A program made the translations under genes and the position numbers. A stretch of DNA of 64,000 nucleotides from a virus (lineage: Duplodnaviria > Heunggongvirae > Uroviricota > Caudoviricetes): the IMG/VR virus record IMGVR_UViG_2974696732_000001. One strand, given 5' to 3'. Shown here one piece after another: positions 28,550-36,758 of this stretch. Every line of letters begins with the position of its first letter. Positions within the stretch are counted from its first letter, which is position 1. Under the pieces are notes generated by a model. The model made no database searches and had not been told where the DNA came from. It saw nothing but the letters and a program-made list of their open reading frames with translations.

Positions 28550-28692
28550 TAGCCTGCGCTAGATGCAGGAATGTAAGTCGGCAAGGGAGTGTACAATCCC
28601 AAACCGCATTTCTCAACGGCCTTGCAAGGGGCATCGAAGCTACAAGGTGAGAGCGTCTTGGCTGTTCCGGCTCATAACAGGAACCTCCACAA

Positions 28693-28763
28693 TCCGTAGT
28701 GGTGTAGTGGTAACATACCTCCTTGCCAAGGAGGCGTTGCGAGTTCGATTCTCGTCTACGGGA
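28693..28763 (+). tRNA. tRNA-Gly(GCC)
   Basis: Anticodon stem CCTCC/GGAGG with loop TTGCCAA, T-arm GCGAGTTCGATTCTCGT. Confidence 0.8.
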
Positions 28764-28765
28764 CT

Positions 28766-28899
28766 GGTGAATAAACTGGGTGGTATGCTGGTTCGACTCC
28801 AGCCTAGGTGATGGTCACGTGCGGTTCGAGTCCGCGTAATAAAATATTGGGTCAAATAGGGTAGCTCCCGCCGCAAGGTTCGATTCCTTGATATTCACC
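28766..28899 (+). ncRNA. compound tRNA-like element: terminal 8-bp stem enclosing three T-arm-like hairpins
   Basis: GGTGAATA..TATTCACC closing stem. Internal hairpins GCTGGTTCGACTCCAGC, TGCGGTTCGAGTCCGCG and CAAGGTTCGATTCCTTG. Confidence 0.35.
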
Positions 28900-28904
28900 T
28901 TCAT

Positions 28905-28977
28905 GCCCTGGTAGCGTAGTGGATAACGCGGCTGTCTTCTAAACAGTTACAGGCAGGTTCGATTCCTGTCCAGGGTA
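28905..28977 (+). tRNA. tRNA-Arg(TCT)
   Basis: Acceptor GCCCTGG/CCAGGGT, anticodon loop CTTCTAA, T-loop TTCGATT. Confidence 0.75.
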
Positions 28978-29060
28978 CGTTATGAAAATGCTCGGTAGAA
29001 AAGTCTGGAGAGGCCAGACGTTCGAAGACTCTCCAGTCAAAAACAAAATTTGGAGGCGTC

Positions 29061-29252
29061 GTGAACGAAGAGAATGGCACCGAGAATGGGATAATGACAG
29101 AGCTGATTCTGCAAGGAATCCTACAGATTCAGGAAGTTGATGAGAATGGGGATGTTCTTCTCTCGCTAGACTGGGATGCTCTGTACGAATACAATCCAGA
29201 TGTTTACCTGTATCTCAAGACTGCTGAACTGAACGGTCAGATGATACAATAA
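29061..29252 (+). CDS. hypothetical protein
   Basis: 63-aa ORF. Confidence 0.4.
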   Translation: MNEENGTENGIMTELILQGILQIQEVDENGDVLLSLDWDALYEYNPDVYLYLKTAELNGQMIQ

Positions 29253-29256
29253 GGGC

Positions 29257-29412
29257 ATGAAGACATATACAATCGCAGTCAGCCTTCTGCTGTCGGTAGA
29301 AGCTCCCGACCAATCCGACGCTCTTGAAGCAGTCAAGGACACTTTCGGTGAAGGCGAAATCTGCGGAATAGATATCAAAGATGTCGAGGTTGAAGTAATC
29401 GATGAACTTTGA
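29257..29412 (+). CDS. small protein (51 aa)
   Basis: Not in the track. Confidence 0.3.
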   Translation: MKTYTIAVSLLLSVEAPDQSDALEAVKDTFGEGEICGIDIKDVEVEVIDEL

Positions 29413-29590
29413 TATGCTGTCTAATGTTCCTGGAGTTGAGTTCTTCCTCAAGTGCACATTTTGCCCGGAAGAAGCAGACGGAGACTTGACAGTAGAGCTT
29501 GAGCCTGGTATGTTTGTACCAATGCCGATATGTGAATCATGTCTGGCAGAGCAGGCTAAAAACTTCAATATGATTGAAGGCCCGGAATAA
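29402..29590 (+). CDS. hypothetical Cys-containing protein
   Basis: 62-aa ORF with CTFCPEE..CESC. Confidence 0.4.
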   Translation: MNFDMLSNVPGVEFFLKCTFCPEEADGDLTVELEPGMFVPMPICESCLAEQAKNFNMIEGPE

Positions 29591-29599
29591 ACGGGCTAT

Positions 29600-29671
29600 G
29601 GGCGATTAGTGTTAATGGTAGCACGTCAGTTTTGCACACTGATAGAGGGGGTTCGAGTCCCCCATTGTCCA
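29600..29671 (+). tRNA. tRNA-Ala(TGC)
   Basis: Anticodon stem TCAGT/ACTGA with loop TTTGCAC, T-arm GGGGGTTCGAGTCCCCC. Confidence 0.8.
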
Positions 29672-29697
29672 CAACTCCTGCGCAGGGAGGTGTTAAA

Positions 29698-29772
29698 ATG
29701 AGAGGCGATAGTGTAATTTGGACTATCGTGGGAATCCTGCTCATCGTGGCGCTAGTTCTATGGATTCTCTAA
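29698..29772 (+). CDS. tiny hydrophobic peptide (24 aa)
   Basis: MRGDSVIWTIVGILLIVALVLWIL, lying between tRNA-Ala and tRNA-Lys. Confidence 0.25.
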   Translation: MRGDSVIWTIVGILLIVALVLWIL

Positions 29773-29837
29773 GAAGTATTGGCTGGCCGATACGAACCCC
29801 ATCGTATCCTTTGCCCGAGGGTTAGGGACCAGCACTT

Positions 29838-29911
29838 GATTCAGTCGCAGAATTGGTACTGCAAAAGACTCTTAATCTTTGAGGATGTGGGTTCGAGTCC
29901 CACCTGAATCA
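29838..29911 (+). tRNA. tRNA-Lys(CTT)
   Basis: Acceptor GATTCAG/CTGAATC, anticodon stem AAAGA/TCTTT with loop CTCTTAA, T-arm GTGGGTTCGAGTCCCAC. Confidence 0.75.
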
Positions 29912-29968
29912 CGTTGGGTTAGGGGACGCACACCTGGCGAGGTGCCCGCCCAGCTCTACGCATAAACC

Positions 29969-29995
29969 ACCCCAGTCCTTGTGGCTGGGGTTTTT
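29969..29995 (+). terminator. rho-independent terminator
   Basis: CCCCAG..CTGGGG + TTTTTT. Confidence 0.65.
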
Positions 29996-30015
29996 TATAT
30001 GCTACAATTATTGAT

Positions 30016-30567
30016 ATGACTACACCAAAGAAGTACACCCCAAGACCAGGCGACATCGGACTAACCAGAATCGGGGGCCTCACAGGCGTCCTGGTGGGTC
30101 TAGGTCAATTCATCTTGAGGGATGCGAGCAGATACACTCACGTCTTTGTTGTTTTGGACAACGAGGAAGCCATAGAAGCTATGCCAGGTGGAGCAATCAT
30201 CAGCCCACTGGACAAGTATGCTGGAACTACCAAGTATGGAAGTCCACTGGCAGCTTATCTAGACATCAAGTTGACACAAGAGCAGCGAGACGCTATCGTA
30301 AGAGAAGCCCGGCAGCTAGAGGGAGTCCCATACAGCTTCCTTGACTACGTTGCCTTGGCACTAGAACGAGTAGGCTTGCATTGGAAGTGGATTGAGAATA
30401 GAGTCACTTCTAGCAAGCACATGATATGCTCTCAGCTAGCTGATGAGGCTTACAAGAGAGCTGGCGTCCATCTCTTTGAAGATGGTAGACTGTCCCAGAA
30501 GGTGACCCCAGGAGATTTGACTTATGTCGGGTTTGACCAGCGGTACGATGAAGTGTCTGGGCTGTAA
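30016..30567 (+). CDS. papain-like (permuted NlpC/P60-type) hydrolase
   Basis: His precedes Cys (HVFVV..CSQL), the circularly permuted papain-fold arrangement. Confidence 0.4.
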   Translation: MTTPKKYTPRPGDIGLTRIGGLTGVLVGLGQFILRDASRYTHVFVVLDNEEAIEAMPGGAIISPLDKYAGTTKYGSPLAAYLDIKLTQEQRDAIVREARQLEGVPYSFLDYVALALERVGLHWKWIENRVTSSKHMICSQLADEAYKRAGVHLFEDGRLSQKVTPGDLTYVGFDQRYDEVSGL

Positions 30568-30748
30568 CAAAGATAAGCCCAAGAGTGACTTCGGAACGAC
30601 AGGCAACGCGAGGGCCTTGTGCTCACGCTGTAGGTCTGGTAGAGTAATAAACACAAGCCGAGGAAGCGCCCGGAAGTCAAGTAGTGGCAACTGGGTTGGA
30701 GACCTCTTCGAAGGTATTGCTGACGCAATCGGAAGTATCTTCGACTAA
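30524..30748 (+). CDS. zinc-ribbon protein
   Basis: CLGC..CSRC. Confidence 0.4.
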   Translation: MSGLTSGTMKCLGCNKDKPKSDFGTTGNARALCSRCRSGRVINTSRGSARKSSSGNWVGDLFEGIADAIGSIFD

Positions 30749-30770
30749 GCAAGACGCCCGAAAGGGCTAT

Positions 30771-30846
30771 TCCGGTGGGGCTACTATTGGCAGTAGCGAC
30801 GAGCTGTTAACTCGTTTCCCTGTAGGTTCGATTCCTGCCTCCGGAG
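30771..30846 (+). tRNA. tRNA-Asn(GTT)
   Basis: Anticodon stem ACGAG/CTCGT with loop CTGTTAA, T-loop TTCGATT. One acceptor mismatch. Confidence 0.65.
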
Positions 30847-30893
30847 CCTAAGCGACAACTTGACACTCCAACAACATCTGCTAGGATGAACAC

Positions 30894-31064
30894 ATGACAG
30901 AGAACGAAGCGTGGTTGGTTACAGGAACAACTCTTCTCCACGGCAAGTACAGGGATGAAGTTGTGGTTCGAAATGGCCGACTGTGGGTATGGTTCAAGAG
31001 TGATTCTGGAAATGAATGGACTCTACAGTGTCCTAGCCAGATTGTAGTTGACGAGGAGCAGTAA
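30894..31064 (+). CDS. small protein (56 aa)
   Basis: Not in the track. Confidence 0.3.
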   Translation: MTENEAWLVTGTTLLHGKYRDEVVVRNGRLWVWFKSDSGNEWTLQCPSQIVVDEEQ

Positions 31065-31286
31065 ATGCCCTACGATGAAGAACTCGGATGCGTTCAAGAG
31101 ACAAAGAAGTTCAAAGTAACGCTTAAGGAAGCTGCTTGGGACAACAAGGAACACACTGGTCCTCAGCCTGGCCTTAAGGGTGAATGCTTCGAACAGAGGC
31201 TTATCGATGGAGACTGGTTCTACTACATCAAGTTTCCAGGATGGCCAGGTTTTCATATCGCATACGCTCATCAGGTGAGCAAATAA
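31065..31286 (+). CDS. hypothetical protein
   Basis: 73-aa ORF. Confidence 0.4.
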   Translation: MPYDEELGCVQETKKFKVTLKEAAWDNKEHTGPQPGLKGECFEQRLIDGDWFYYIKFPGWPGFHIAYAHQVSK

Positions 31287-31492
31287 GCTTTACTCACGAC
31301 ACGTAGATTCACTAGCTTGATGGGGTTTTACGTCTTTCCCAGCCCCGGCGGCGGTGATGAAGAAGGGTTTAGCGGCCCTACTTGTACAAGAGGAAGACGT
31401 TGAGTACAATCGTGTTAGAGTAAATAAGCGGATGTTGGGACCGCTTCAAGCAAGAGACACCGCTCAAAGGTGGAGTGCTGCATCCCTTCCTA

Positions 31493-31564
31493 TGGCCTAT
31501 AGCTTAACGGCAGAGCGATTGACTGTTAATCAATTAGGTGCTGGTTCGAATCCAGCTAGGTCAG
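31493..31564 (+). tRNA. tRNA-Asn(GTT), second copy
   Basis: Anticodon stem ATTGA/TCAAT with loop CTGTTAA, T-arm GCTGGTTCGAATCCAGC. Confidence 0.7.
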
Positions 31565-31597
31565 CTCCAAAGCACAACCCAACAACAAAGGAAAACA

Positions 31598-32467
31598 ATG
31601 ACATATCTTGTTATTGCAGGTCTCCTCCTGCTCGTTCTGCTCGTCGCAGTCGCTTTCAGCGTCGTAACTAAGCAGAAGGGTGGATACCTCGTTGCTGTTG
31701 GTGTCGGTCTGCTGCTTGCCGTGTTCACTCTCTTCAACTCAGTAACCTCTGTTGGAGCGCGTAACGTCGGTATTCAGACGGCCTTCGGTCGATACCAGGG
31801 AAACCTTGACAATGGCCTCCAGGTCATTGCTCCTTGGTCAGAGCATGAGGACTTCTCAACTCAGGTTCAGTACCTTGACCTTGATGGTGAGAAGTGGGAT
31901 GAAGGCGCAACGGTTACCTTCGATGGTGGCGGTCGTGGTGTGGTTTACGCTACTCCTCGCTGGCGCATCAATGAGGGTATGGCTGGTGAACTGTGGAAGA
32001 AGTACAAGAACTTCGACAATGTTCGTGACCAGCTCGTTAAGTCTTCTGCCAAGGATTCATTCCGTGCAGTTCTGACGGAGTACACTCCTAACGACGCTCG
32101 TACCAAGGTCCGTGAGGTGGCTGCTAAGGTTCAGAGTGACCTGGCCTCCAGCCTCAAGGATGATGGAATCATCATCGATTCCATCAGCATCAAGGACATC
32201 AAGCTGGACGACCGTACCCAGTCTTCACTTGACAAGATTGTTCAGGCCAACAACGACATCGAGCGTTCAAAGGCTGAGCAGGAGCGAGCGAAGATTGACG
32301 CCGAGACTGCCAAGATTCGTGAGAAGACTGGTGCTCTCAAGCCCGAGGCTCTACAGCGTTACTGCCTTGAGGTTGTCAACAACTGGGATGTGAAGAAGAA
32401 CGGTAGCCTGCCTGCTGGCTTCAACTGCAATGGGACTAACGTACCCTTCACGGTCACCAACAAGTAA
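31598..32467 (+). CDS. SPFH/band-7 (prohibitin-like) membrane protein
   Basis: N-terminal TM helix, an SPFH-like core and a C-terminal coiled coil. Start trimmed from 31538 to clear the tRNA-Asn. Confidence 0.55.
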   Translation: MTYLVIAGLLLLVLLVAVAFSVVTKQKGGYLVAVGVGLLLAVFTLFNSVTSVGARNVGIQTAFGRYQGNLDNGLQVIAPWSEHEDFSTQVQYLDLDGEKWDEGATVTFDGGGRGVVYATPRWRINEGMAGELWKKYKNFDNVRDQLVKSSAKDSFRAVLTEYTPNDARTKVREVAAKVQSDLASSLKDDGIIIDSISIKDIKLDDRTQSSLDKIVQANNDIERSKAEQERAKIDAETAKIREKTGALKPEALQRYCLEVVNNWDVKKNGSLPAGFNCNGTNVPFTVTNK

Positions 32468-32510
32468 TAAACACTTTGCAGTGAGATGACTTCAATCTGC
32501 TCTCGCCGTG

Positions 32511-32535
32511 CCCCCGACTTCGGTTGGGGGTTTTC
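32511..32535 (+). terminator. rho-independent terminator after the SPFH gene
   Basis: CCCCCGAC-TTCG-GTTGGGGG + TTTTC. Confidence 0.6.
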
Positions 32536-32562
32536 GGCGTTGAAGGGCCCGGTAGTGAGGGG

Positions 32563-32591
32563 TTGACACCACTCCTTGCTTCCAGTAGAGT
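32563..32591 (+). promoter_or_regulatory. promoter TTGACA-N17-TAGAGT
   Basis: GGTTGACACC..TAGAGTAGTAAC, nearly identical to the 35340 and 45093 copies. Confidence 0.6.
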
Positions 32592-32650
32592 AGTAACAAG
32601 CGAACAGCACAAAAGTATGCTATCCTATTGAAACAAATAGGAGGCAAACA

Positions 32651-32815
32651 ATGAGGTTCGCTTTTGGACTAAGACCAGGACATGTGACCAAGCATGGTAG
32701 GGTTGTAGCAGTGCAGAAGACCTTTGATGGTAAGCACATGCAGTTGACACTAGCTGGTCGGTCAGATAATGTAGTCATAAGCAAGTACACACTTCTACGA
32801 ACGCGGAGAAAATAA
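32651..32815 (+). CDS. small protein (54 aa), KOW-like
   Basis: Not in the track. GHVTKHGRVVAV pattern. Confidence 0.3.
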   Translation: MRFAFGLRPGHVTKHGRVVAVQKTFDGKHMQLTLAGRSDNVVISKYTLLRTRRK

Positions 32816-33211
32816 GTGTCTGAAAACGTTGGCGACAGCGAAGAGACTAAGGCTGAGGCTGAGGTAACCCAGGATGACCGTCCTATTAAGGAAATCATCA
32901 AGGACTCCGCCAAGGCATACGCTCGTGCCAAGGGCCGTCAGGCTTTCTTCTGGGCAGTGAAGAACATGAAGGCTCAGGCGAAGGACAAGGGCAAGGACCC
33001 TAAGTCTGTCAAGGTTCCTACGAAGAAGGCTTCTGCCCTTCGTATCGGTGACCTGACCGCAAAGGGTGAACTTAAGAACAGTCAGGTATCTCCTATCGAC
33101 CGAAAGAAGATGGAGCTGACATTCATCGGTGACTCTGGTGTTGTCTTCGAGACTGTTGACAAGAACACCTCCTACAAGGTAGTATCCCGTAGGGAAGTCA
33201 AGGAACGCTAA
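32816..33211 (+). CDS. hypothetical protein
   Basis: 131-aa lysine-rich ORF. Confidence 0.45.
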   Translation: MSENVGDSEETKAEAEVTQDDRPIKEIIKDSAKAYARAKGRQAFFWAVKNMKAQAKDKGKDPKSVKVPTKKASALRIGDLTAKGELKNSQVSPIDRKKMELTFIGDSGVVFETVDKNTSYKVVSRREVKER

Positions 33212-33230
33212 GCAAGGGCCTTCGGGCCAA

Positions 33231-33302
33231 GTCTCCATAGTTCAAGGGACAGAACAAGACTCTCCTAAAGTCTAGATGCAGGTTCGAATCCTGCTGGGGA
33301 TA
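33231..33302 (+). tRNA. tRNA-Arg(CCT)
   Basis: Anticodon stem AGACT/AGTCT with loop CTCCTAA, T-arm GCAGGTTCGAATCCTGC. Confidence 0.75.
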
Positions 33303-33305
33303 CGG

Positions 33306-33334
33306 TTGACGCGAAGCCCGGTAGGGTATAGAGT
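33306..33334 (+). promoter_or_regulatory. promoter TTGACG-N17-TAGAGT
   Basis: Upstream of tRNA-Ile(GAT). Confidence 0.5.
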
Positions 33335-33348
33335 AGTCAACAGAACGA

Positions 33349-33423
33349 GGGAGCGTAGCTCAGTCTGGTCGGAGCAATGCACTGATAATGCATCGGTCGC
33401 TGGTTCAAATCCAGCCGTTCCTA
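33349..33423 (+). tRNA. tRNA-Ile(GAT)
   Basis: GGGAGCGTAGCTCAGTCTGGTCGGAGC, anticodon stem ATGCA/TGCAT with loop CTGATAA, T-loop TTCAAAT. Confidence 0.8.
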
Positions 33424-33496
33424 CGTAGCAAGGAGTCCATCGCTGTAACCGATGGAATTAAATGCCCGCAATTCAGGAAGGGGCGTCCTAGCTTAT

Positions 33497-33568
33497 GGGG
33501 TCGTAGCATAACGGTAATGCACTTGTATGGCATACAAGCGATTGTGGGTTCAAATCCCATCGACTCCA
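33497..33568 (+). tRNA. tRNA-Ala(GGC)
   Basis: Acceptor GGGGTCG/CGACTCC, anticodon stem CTTGT/ACAAG with loop ATGGCAT. Confidence 0.65.
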
Positions 33569-33792
33569 CGCAGTTTTATCAGTTTCTGGCACAACATGAA
33601 ACTGAACGAGGCAGGTTCTAGCAGACCTTATTCGGATGCAAGGTATAGCCCGTATACCCCTTGCAGCGTACAGACCACATGTGCTAGCATGGTACGTAAT
33701 TGAGGGAGTGCGAGGCTGGTCACCAAACACTCCTATATCATATAAATGAAGAACAAATAATAAATAATGTCCCAGGATATCTTGGGACTCAT

Positions 33793-33865
33793 GCTCCGGT
33801 AGCTCAGTTGGCAGAGCAGGGGACTCTTAATCCTCGTGTCGCTGGTTCAAGTCCAGTTCGGAGTA
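33793..33865 (+). tRNA. tRNA-Lys(CTT), second copy
   Basis: GCTCCGGTAGCTCAGTTGGCAGAGC, anticodon loop CTCTTAA, T-loop TTCAAGT. Confidence 0.7.
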
Positions 33866-33921
33866 CAAAGCGTCATTGCAAGGGCGCTCAATCACATTGG
33901 GGTTCGATTCCCTCTGGTGAA
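33866..33921 (+). ncRNA. tRNA minihelix-like element (acceptor-like stem + T-arm only)
   Basis: TCAC..GTGA stem flanking TGGGGTTCGATTCCCTC, preceded by hairpin AGCG..CGCT. Confidence 0.3.
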
Positions 33922-33992
33922 ACAATGTGGTGTAATTGAGAGGAAAAGGCGGAGGCACATAACAAAGCCTTGCTGTCTAGCCGCTCTCTTAT

Positions 33993-34067
33993 GGTCCAGT
34001 CGCACAGTCTGGTAGTGCAATTGACTTTTAATCTTTGTGGACGTGGGTTCGAATCCCACCTGGACCA
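33993..34067 (+). tRNA. tRNA (anticodon unclear; TTT/Lys or TTA-like loop CTTTTAATC)
   Basis: Acceptor GGTCCAG/CTGGACC perfect, D-arm GCAC/GTGC, T-arm GTGGGTTCGAATCCCAC. The anticodon stem pairs poorly. Confidence 0.5.
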
Positions 34068-34068
34068 C

Positions 34069-34221
34069 ATGAAGCAATGGAATAAGGGCGAGCGAGTGAT
34101 TCGTAACAACAACACCGAGCCCGGAACTGTTGAAAAGCAAGAAGGCAAGAATGTCACTGTCAATCTAGACAGTGGTGGACAGAAGGTATTCGGAGCAAAC
34201 GACCTCAAGCGAAGGCGTTGA
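34069..34221 (+). CDS. small protein (50 aa)
   Basis: Track ORF 33970.. overlaps a tRNA; trimmed to ATG 34069. Confidence 0.35.
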   Translation: MKQWNKGERVIRNNNTEPGTVEKQEGKNVTVNLDSGGQKVFGANDLKRRR

Positions 34222-34391
34222 TGACAACCTACAAAACACATGATAGGGTAGTCGTAACGGCTGGCGTTCACAAGGACAAGCACGGTTCCATAGTCTTTGT
34301 GTCTGGTCAGACTGCCTCAGTAAAATTTGATGACAAGTACCATGGTGGTACCTACTACATTGGTCTTGACATCATACAGCCAGAGAAGTAA
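34221..34391 (+). CDS. small protein (56 aa), KOW-like
   Basis: Not in the track. HDRVVVTAGVHKDKHGSIVFV pattern. Confidence 0.3.
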   Translation: MTTYKTHDRVVVTAGVHKDKHGSIVFVSGQTASVKFDDKYHGGTYYIGLDIIQPEK

Positions 34392-34402
34392 GCTGGCTAC
34401 AT

Positions 34403-34475
34403 GCCCTTTTAGCTCACTGGATAGAGCGATGGTCTTCGAAGCCATGCGTAGGGAGTTCGATTCTCTCAAGGGGCA
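34403..34475 (+). tRNA. tRNA-Arg(TCG)
   Basis: Anticodon stem ATGGT/GCCAT with loop CTTCGAA, T-arm GGGAGTTCGATTCTCTC. Confidence 0.75.
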
Positions 34476-34677
34476 CTTGACATAGCCAAGATGGCATGTC
34501 ATTGTTAAGGACACAGCGGACAAGGCTTAGGCGGATGAAACAAGCCGGTGGGATGCGAGTGGCTGACCAGTCCTTGACACAAGCGGGGAACGTTGAGTAT
34601 GCTAACCTCATAGAGGAACGACGACTAACAAGTTCCCCGCTTTTTAATAAACAACTATAGTAACTAGGAGTTACACA

Positions 34678-35343
34678 ATGGGTCTTTTCGGTAAGAAGGA
34701 CAACAAGGGCACTACGTCTGACGGAGCATCTGCGACTCAGGCTGCGCCTGCGGTCTCTACCGGTAAGCTCAATCTGAGTAAGGGTGGCAGCTCTGCTTTC
34801 AGCCTGGAAAAGGGCACGCGAGTCACTGCTACTCTTGAGTGGGATGGCGGAAGTTCAGCCCGTCGTGCTCGTGGTGCAGACCTTGAGCTTTATGCCCTGT
34901 ATGTTACTAAGGGCAAGGCAAACAAGATGCGCAAGGATGCTGGTGGCGCAGTCTATTGGAACAACCTGGCAGCAGATGGCATCCGTCATCTTGGTGACTC
35001 CCTTGTTCCTGGCAAGGAGACTGTTGTCATTGAGCGTACTGACAACATTGCGTACGTTCTCATCGTTGCCTACTCTGCTGTAAGCAATGGTCCTGGTTCC
35101 TTCAAGTCTTTCGGGGCTAAGGCTGTTGTCACTGATGGCAAGGGTCAGACTGTGACGGCTCCTCTGTATAACGACAATCACGGCAGCTACTGGGTAGCCA
35201 TCGCGCTTGTTGATTTCACTGTAGAGGGACAGGTTGCCATCAAGCACGTTGAAGATTACTCTCGTGGTGGTGAGCGTCGTCCGGTTCTGTATTCTGACGG
35301 TTCTCACAAGATGGATGTTGGCCCGGTCGAGTTCAAGAGTTGA
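34678..35343 (+). CDS. TerD-like stress-response domain protein
   Basis: Diverged TerD-type pattern (ELYALYV..HLGDSL..ETVVIER); tentative. Confidence 0.4.
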   Translation: MGLFGKKDNKGTTSDGASATQAAPAVSTGKLNLSKGGSSAFSLEKGTRVTATLEWDGGSSARRARGADLELYALYVTKGKANKMRKDAGGAVYWNNLAADGIRHLGDSLVPGKETVVIERTDNIAYVLIVAYSAVSNGPGSFKSFGAKAVVTDGKGQTVTAPLYNDNHGSYWVAIALVDFTVEGQVAIKHVEDYSRGGERRPVLYSDGSHKMDVGPVEFKS

Positions 35344-35368
35344 CACACTCGACAGGATGATGTAGAGT
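35340..35368 (+). promoter_or_regulatory. promoter TTGACA-N17-TAGAGT
   Basis: GTTGACAC..TAGAGTAGTAAAC, upstream of the tRNA-Met pair. Confidence 0.6.
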
Positions 35369-35576
35369 AGTAAACATCAGGGAAACCCGCTCAAACTTGG
35401 CCTAAAAAGCCCGGTGGCGTTCAGGGAAGCGGGGATGTGTGGTAGAGTGAACGTACCCACACAACAGCAAAGACTAAAATCCCAGTCCGAGGCTGATTAT
35501 GATAGGGTAGTGCTACAGGTAAAGAGGTGGAGGCGAAAGCCAGAGAAGCTGATGACTTACCCTAAAGCACTATAAT

Positions 35577-35648
35577 GGCAGTGTGGTGAAACGGCTATCA
35601 CGTTCCCCTCATAAGGGAAAATCGAAGGTTCGATTCCTTCCATTGCTA
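35577..35648 (+). tRNA. tRNA-Met(CAT)
   Basis: Anticodon stem TTCCC/GGGAA with loop CTCATAA, T-arm GAAGGTTCGATTCCTTC. Confidence 0.75.
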
Positions 35649-35649
35649 C

Positions 35650-35719
35650 TTGCAGGTTAGTGAAACGGTATCACGTAGGGCTCATAATCCTAAATTCCTG
35701 TTCGAATCAGGGCCTGCCC
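35650..35719 (+). tRNA. tRNA with anticodon CAT (second; fMet, Met or Ile2)
   Basis: Anticodon stem TAGGG/TCCTA with loop CTCATAA, T-loop TTCGAAT. The acceptor is only partly paired. Confidence 0.55.
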
Positions 35720-35770
35720 CCACGTAACACAAACAAACAATCAAGCAGTACACAACAAGGAGAAAATAAC

Positions 35771-35902
35771 ATGCCTGGTCCTCTTTCTACCCCTGGTGCC
35801 GTCAAGCGTCCTACGGTTGCGGAGCAGATGAAGCGAGTTGCTGACCTCATGAAGGGTAAGACTCCTCGCACGGGTAAGACTGCGAAGAAGCGCGGTCACT
35901 GA
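35771..35902 (+). CDS. small basic protein (43 aa)
   Basis: Trimmed from track ORF 35660.., which overlaps two tRNAs. Confidence 0.3.
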   Translation: MPGPLSTPGAVKRPTVAEQMKRVADLMKGKTPRTGKTAKKRGH

Positions 35903-35917
35903 CCTCTCGGAGGTTAA

Positions 35918-36092
35918 ATGGCAAAGCGAGAACTTGTTGGAACGGCATTCACGACTGCTGAACGGGATAGAGTAAAGAAAAGTCTAGAAGGACTGCTAGA
36001 GGCTCGGAAAGCAAAGGGAAAGCTGGAAGTCAAGCACTTCACCAAAGGCAAGAACAGTCATCGGTGGGAATTCTGGTATGTGGAGGACTGAT
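35918..36092 (+). CDS. small protein (58 aa)
   Basis: Not in the track. Confidence 0.3.
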
Positions 36093-36330
36093 GGAATTCA
36101 CAATGGAAGAAGTTCTGGAAGCTATCGAAACTCTCGATGGTCTCCAGCCGAGCTACTACCGAGACATCCTGGAACTTGGTCCTGATGGAACCGAGGAATA
36201 CACAATCCATGGCGATGACCTTGGGAGCATGATTCATGCAATCCATGTTCTCAAGACTCACTTCGGCATTGTGGGGAACACTCCCCGAACTGGTCCGCTT
36301 GCTTCGCCCAATCGGACCGTGATAGACTAA
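36091..36330 (+). CDS. hypothetical protein
   Basis: ORF 36064.. trimmed to ATG 36091. Confidence 0.4.
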   Translation: MEFTMEEVLEAIETLDGLQPSYYRDILELGPDGTEEYTIHGDDLGSMIHAIHVLKTHFGIVGNTPRTGPLASPNRTVID

Positions 36331-36350
36331 GGCGAGCCCTTCGGGGCAAT

Positions 36351-36432
36351 GCATGAGCGGCGAAGTTGGAGAGTCGCGGCGGTCTGTAAAACCGTTCTCT
36401 AGGGTGAGTCAGTTCGAATCTGACCTCATGCA
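36351..36432 (+). tRNA. tRNA-Tyr(GTA), type II
   Basis: Acceptor GCATGAG/CTCATGC perfect, anticodon loop CTGTAAA, long variable arm, T-arm GTCAGTTCGAATCTGAC. Confidence 0.75.
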
Positions 36433-36488
36433 CGTACAGTATAATAGAAAGAAGAGGTTGTAGCAGCTCCTCTGGAAAAGCTGCCTAT

Positions 36489-36560
36489 GCATGTAAGCCA
36501 GGGATAAGCTAGGCGGGCCTGTAAAGCCCTACCTCGATGGTTCGAATCCGTCTACATGCA
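36489..36560 (+). tRNA. tRNA with anticodon GTA, type I (second Tyr-type)
   Basis: Acceptor GCATGTA/TACATGC perfect, anticodon loop CTGTAAA, short variable arm. Confidence 0.6.
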
Positions 36561-36592
36561 CTCGGGTTATATCCTACCTGAAAGCCTACAGC

Positions 36593-36621
36593 TTGACTTC
36601 TTGGCTATGGACGCATAGACT
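36593..36621 (+). promoter_or_regulatory. promoter TTGACT-N17-TAGACT
   Basis: Upstream of tRNA-His. Confidence 0.45.
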
Positions 36622-36758
36622 GAACAAGAAGCCCAGCCGAGGGGCAAAGGATATCCTATGGTGGCTGTATCATAAAAGTAATGTACTAGGCTGTGAACCT
36701 AGGTAAGAGGGGGCGGTACCCTCCAGTCACCCCAAGTAGGTCAAAACCTACATCGATG

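Noticed and set aside
28766-28899. Reading the compound element as a tRNA-Ser(CGA) whose anticodon arm is the first T-arm-like hairpin
   Set aside because: It would need a 66-nt variable region and a pyrimidine at position 37. The tRNA-like mimic interpretation is kept instead.
31354-31671. Track ORFs that run through tRNA genes (31354..31671, 33388..33621, 33700..33939, 13239..13499(-), 14185..14454(-), 28392..28634(-))
   Set aside because: They overlap high-confidence tRNAs. Real genes were trimmed to downstream starts where supported.
34556-34645. Long-range hairpin GCGGGGAAC..GTTCCCCGC + TTTTT as a terminator
   Set aside because: The loop is about 60 nt, too long for a canonical intrinsic terminator. 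It may still be a structured leader for the TerD-like gene.
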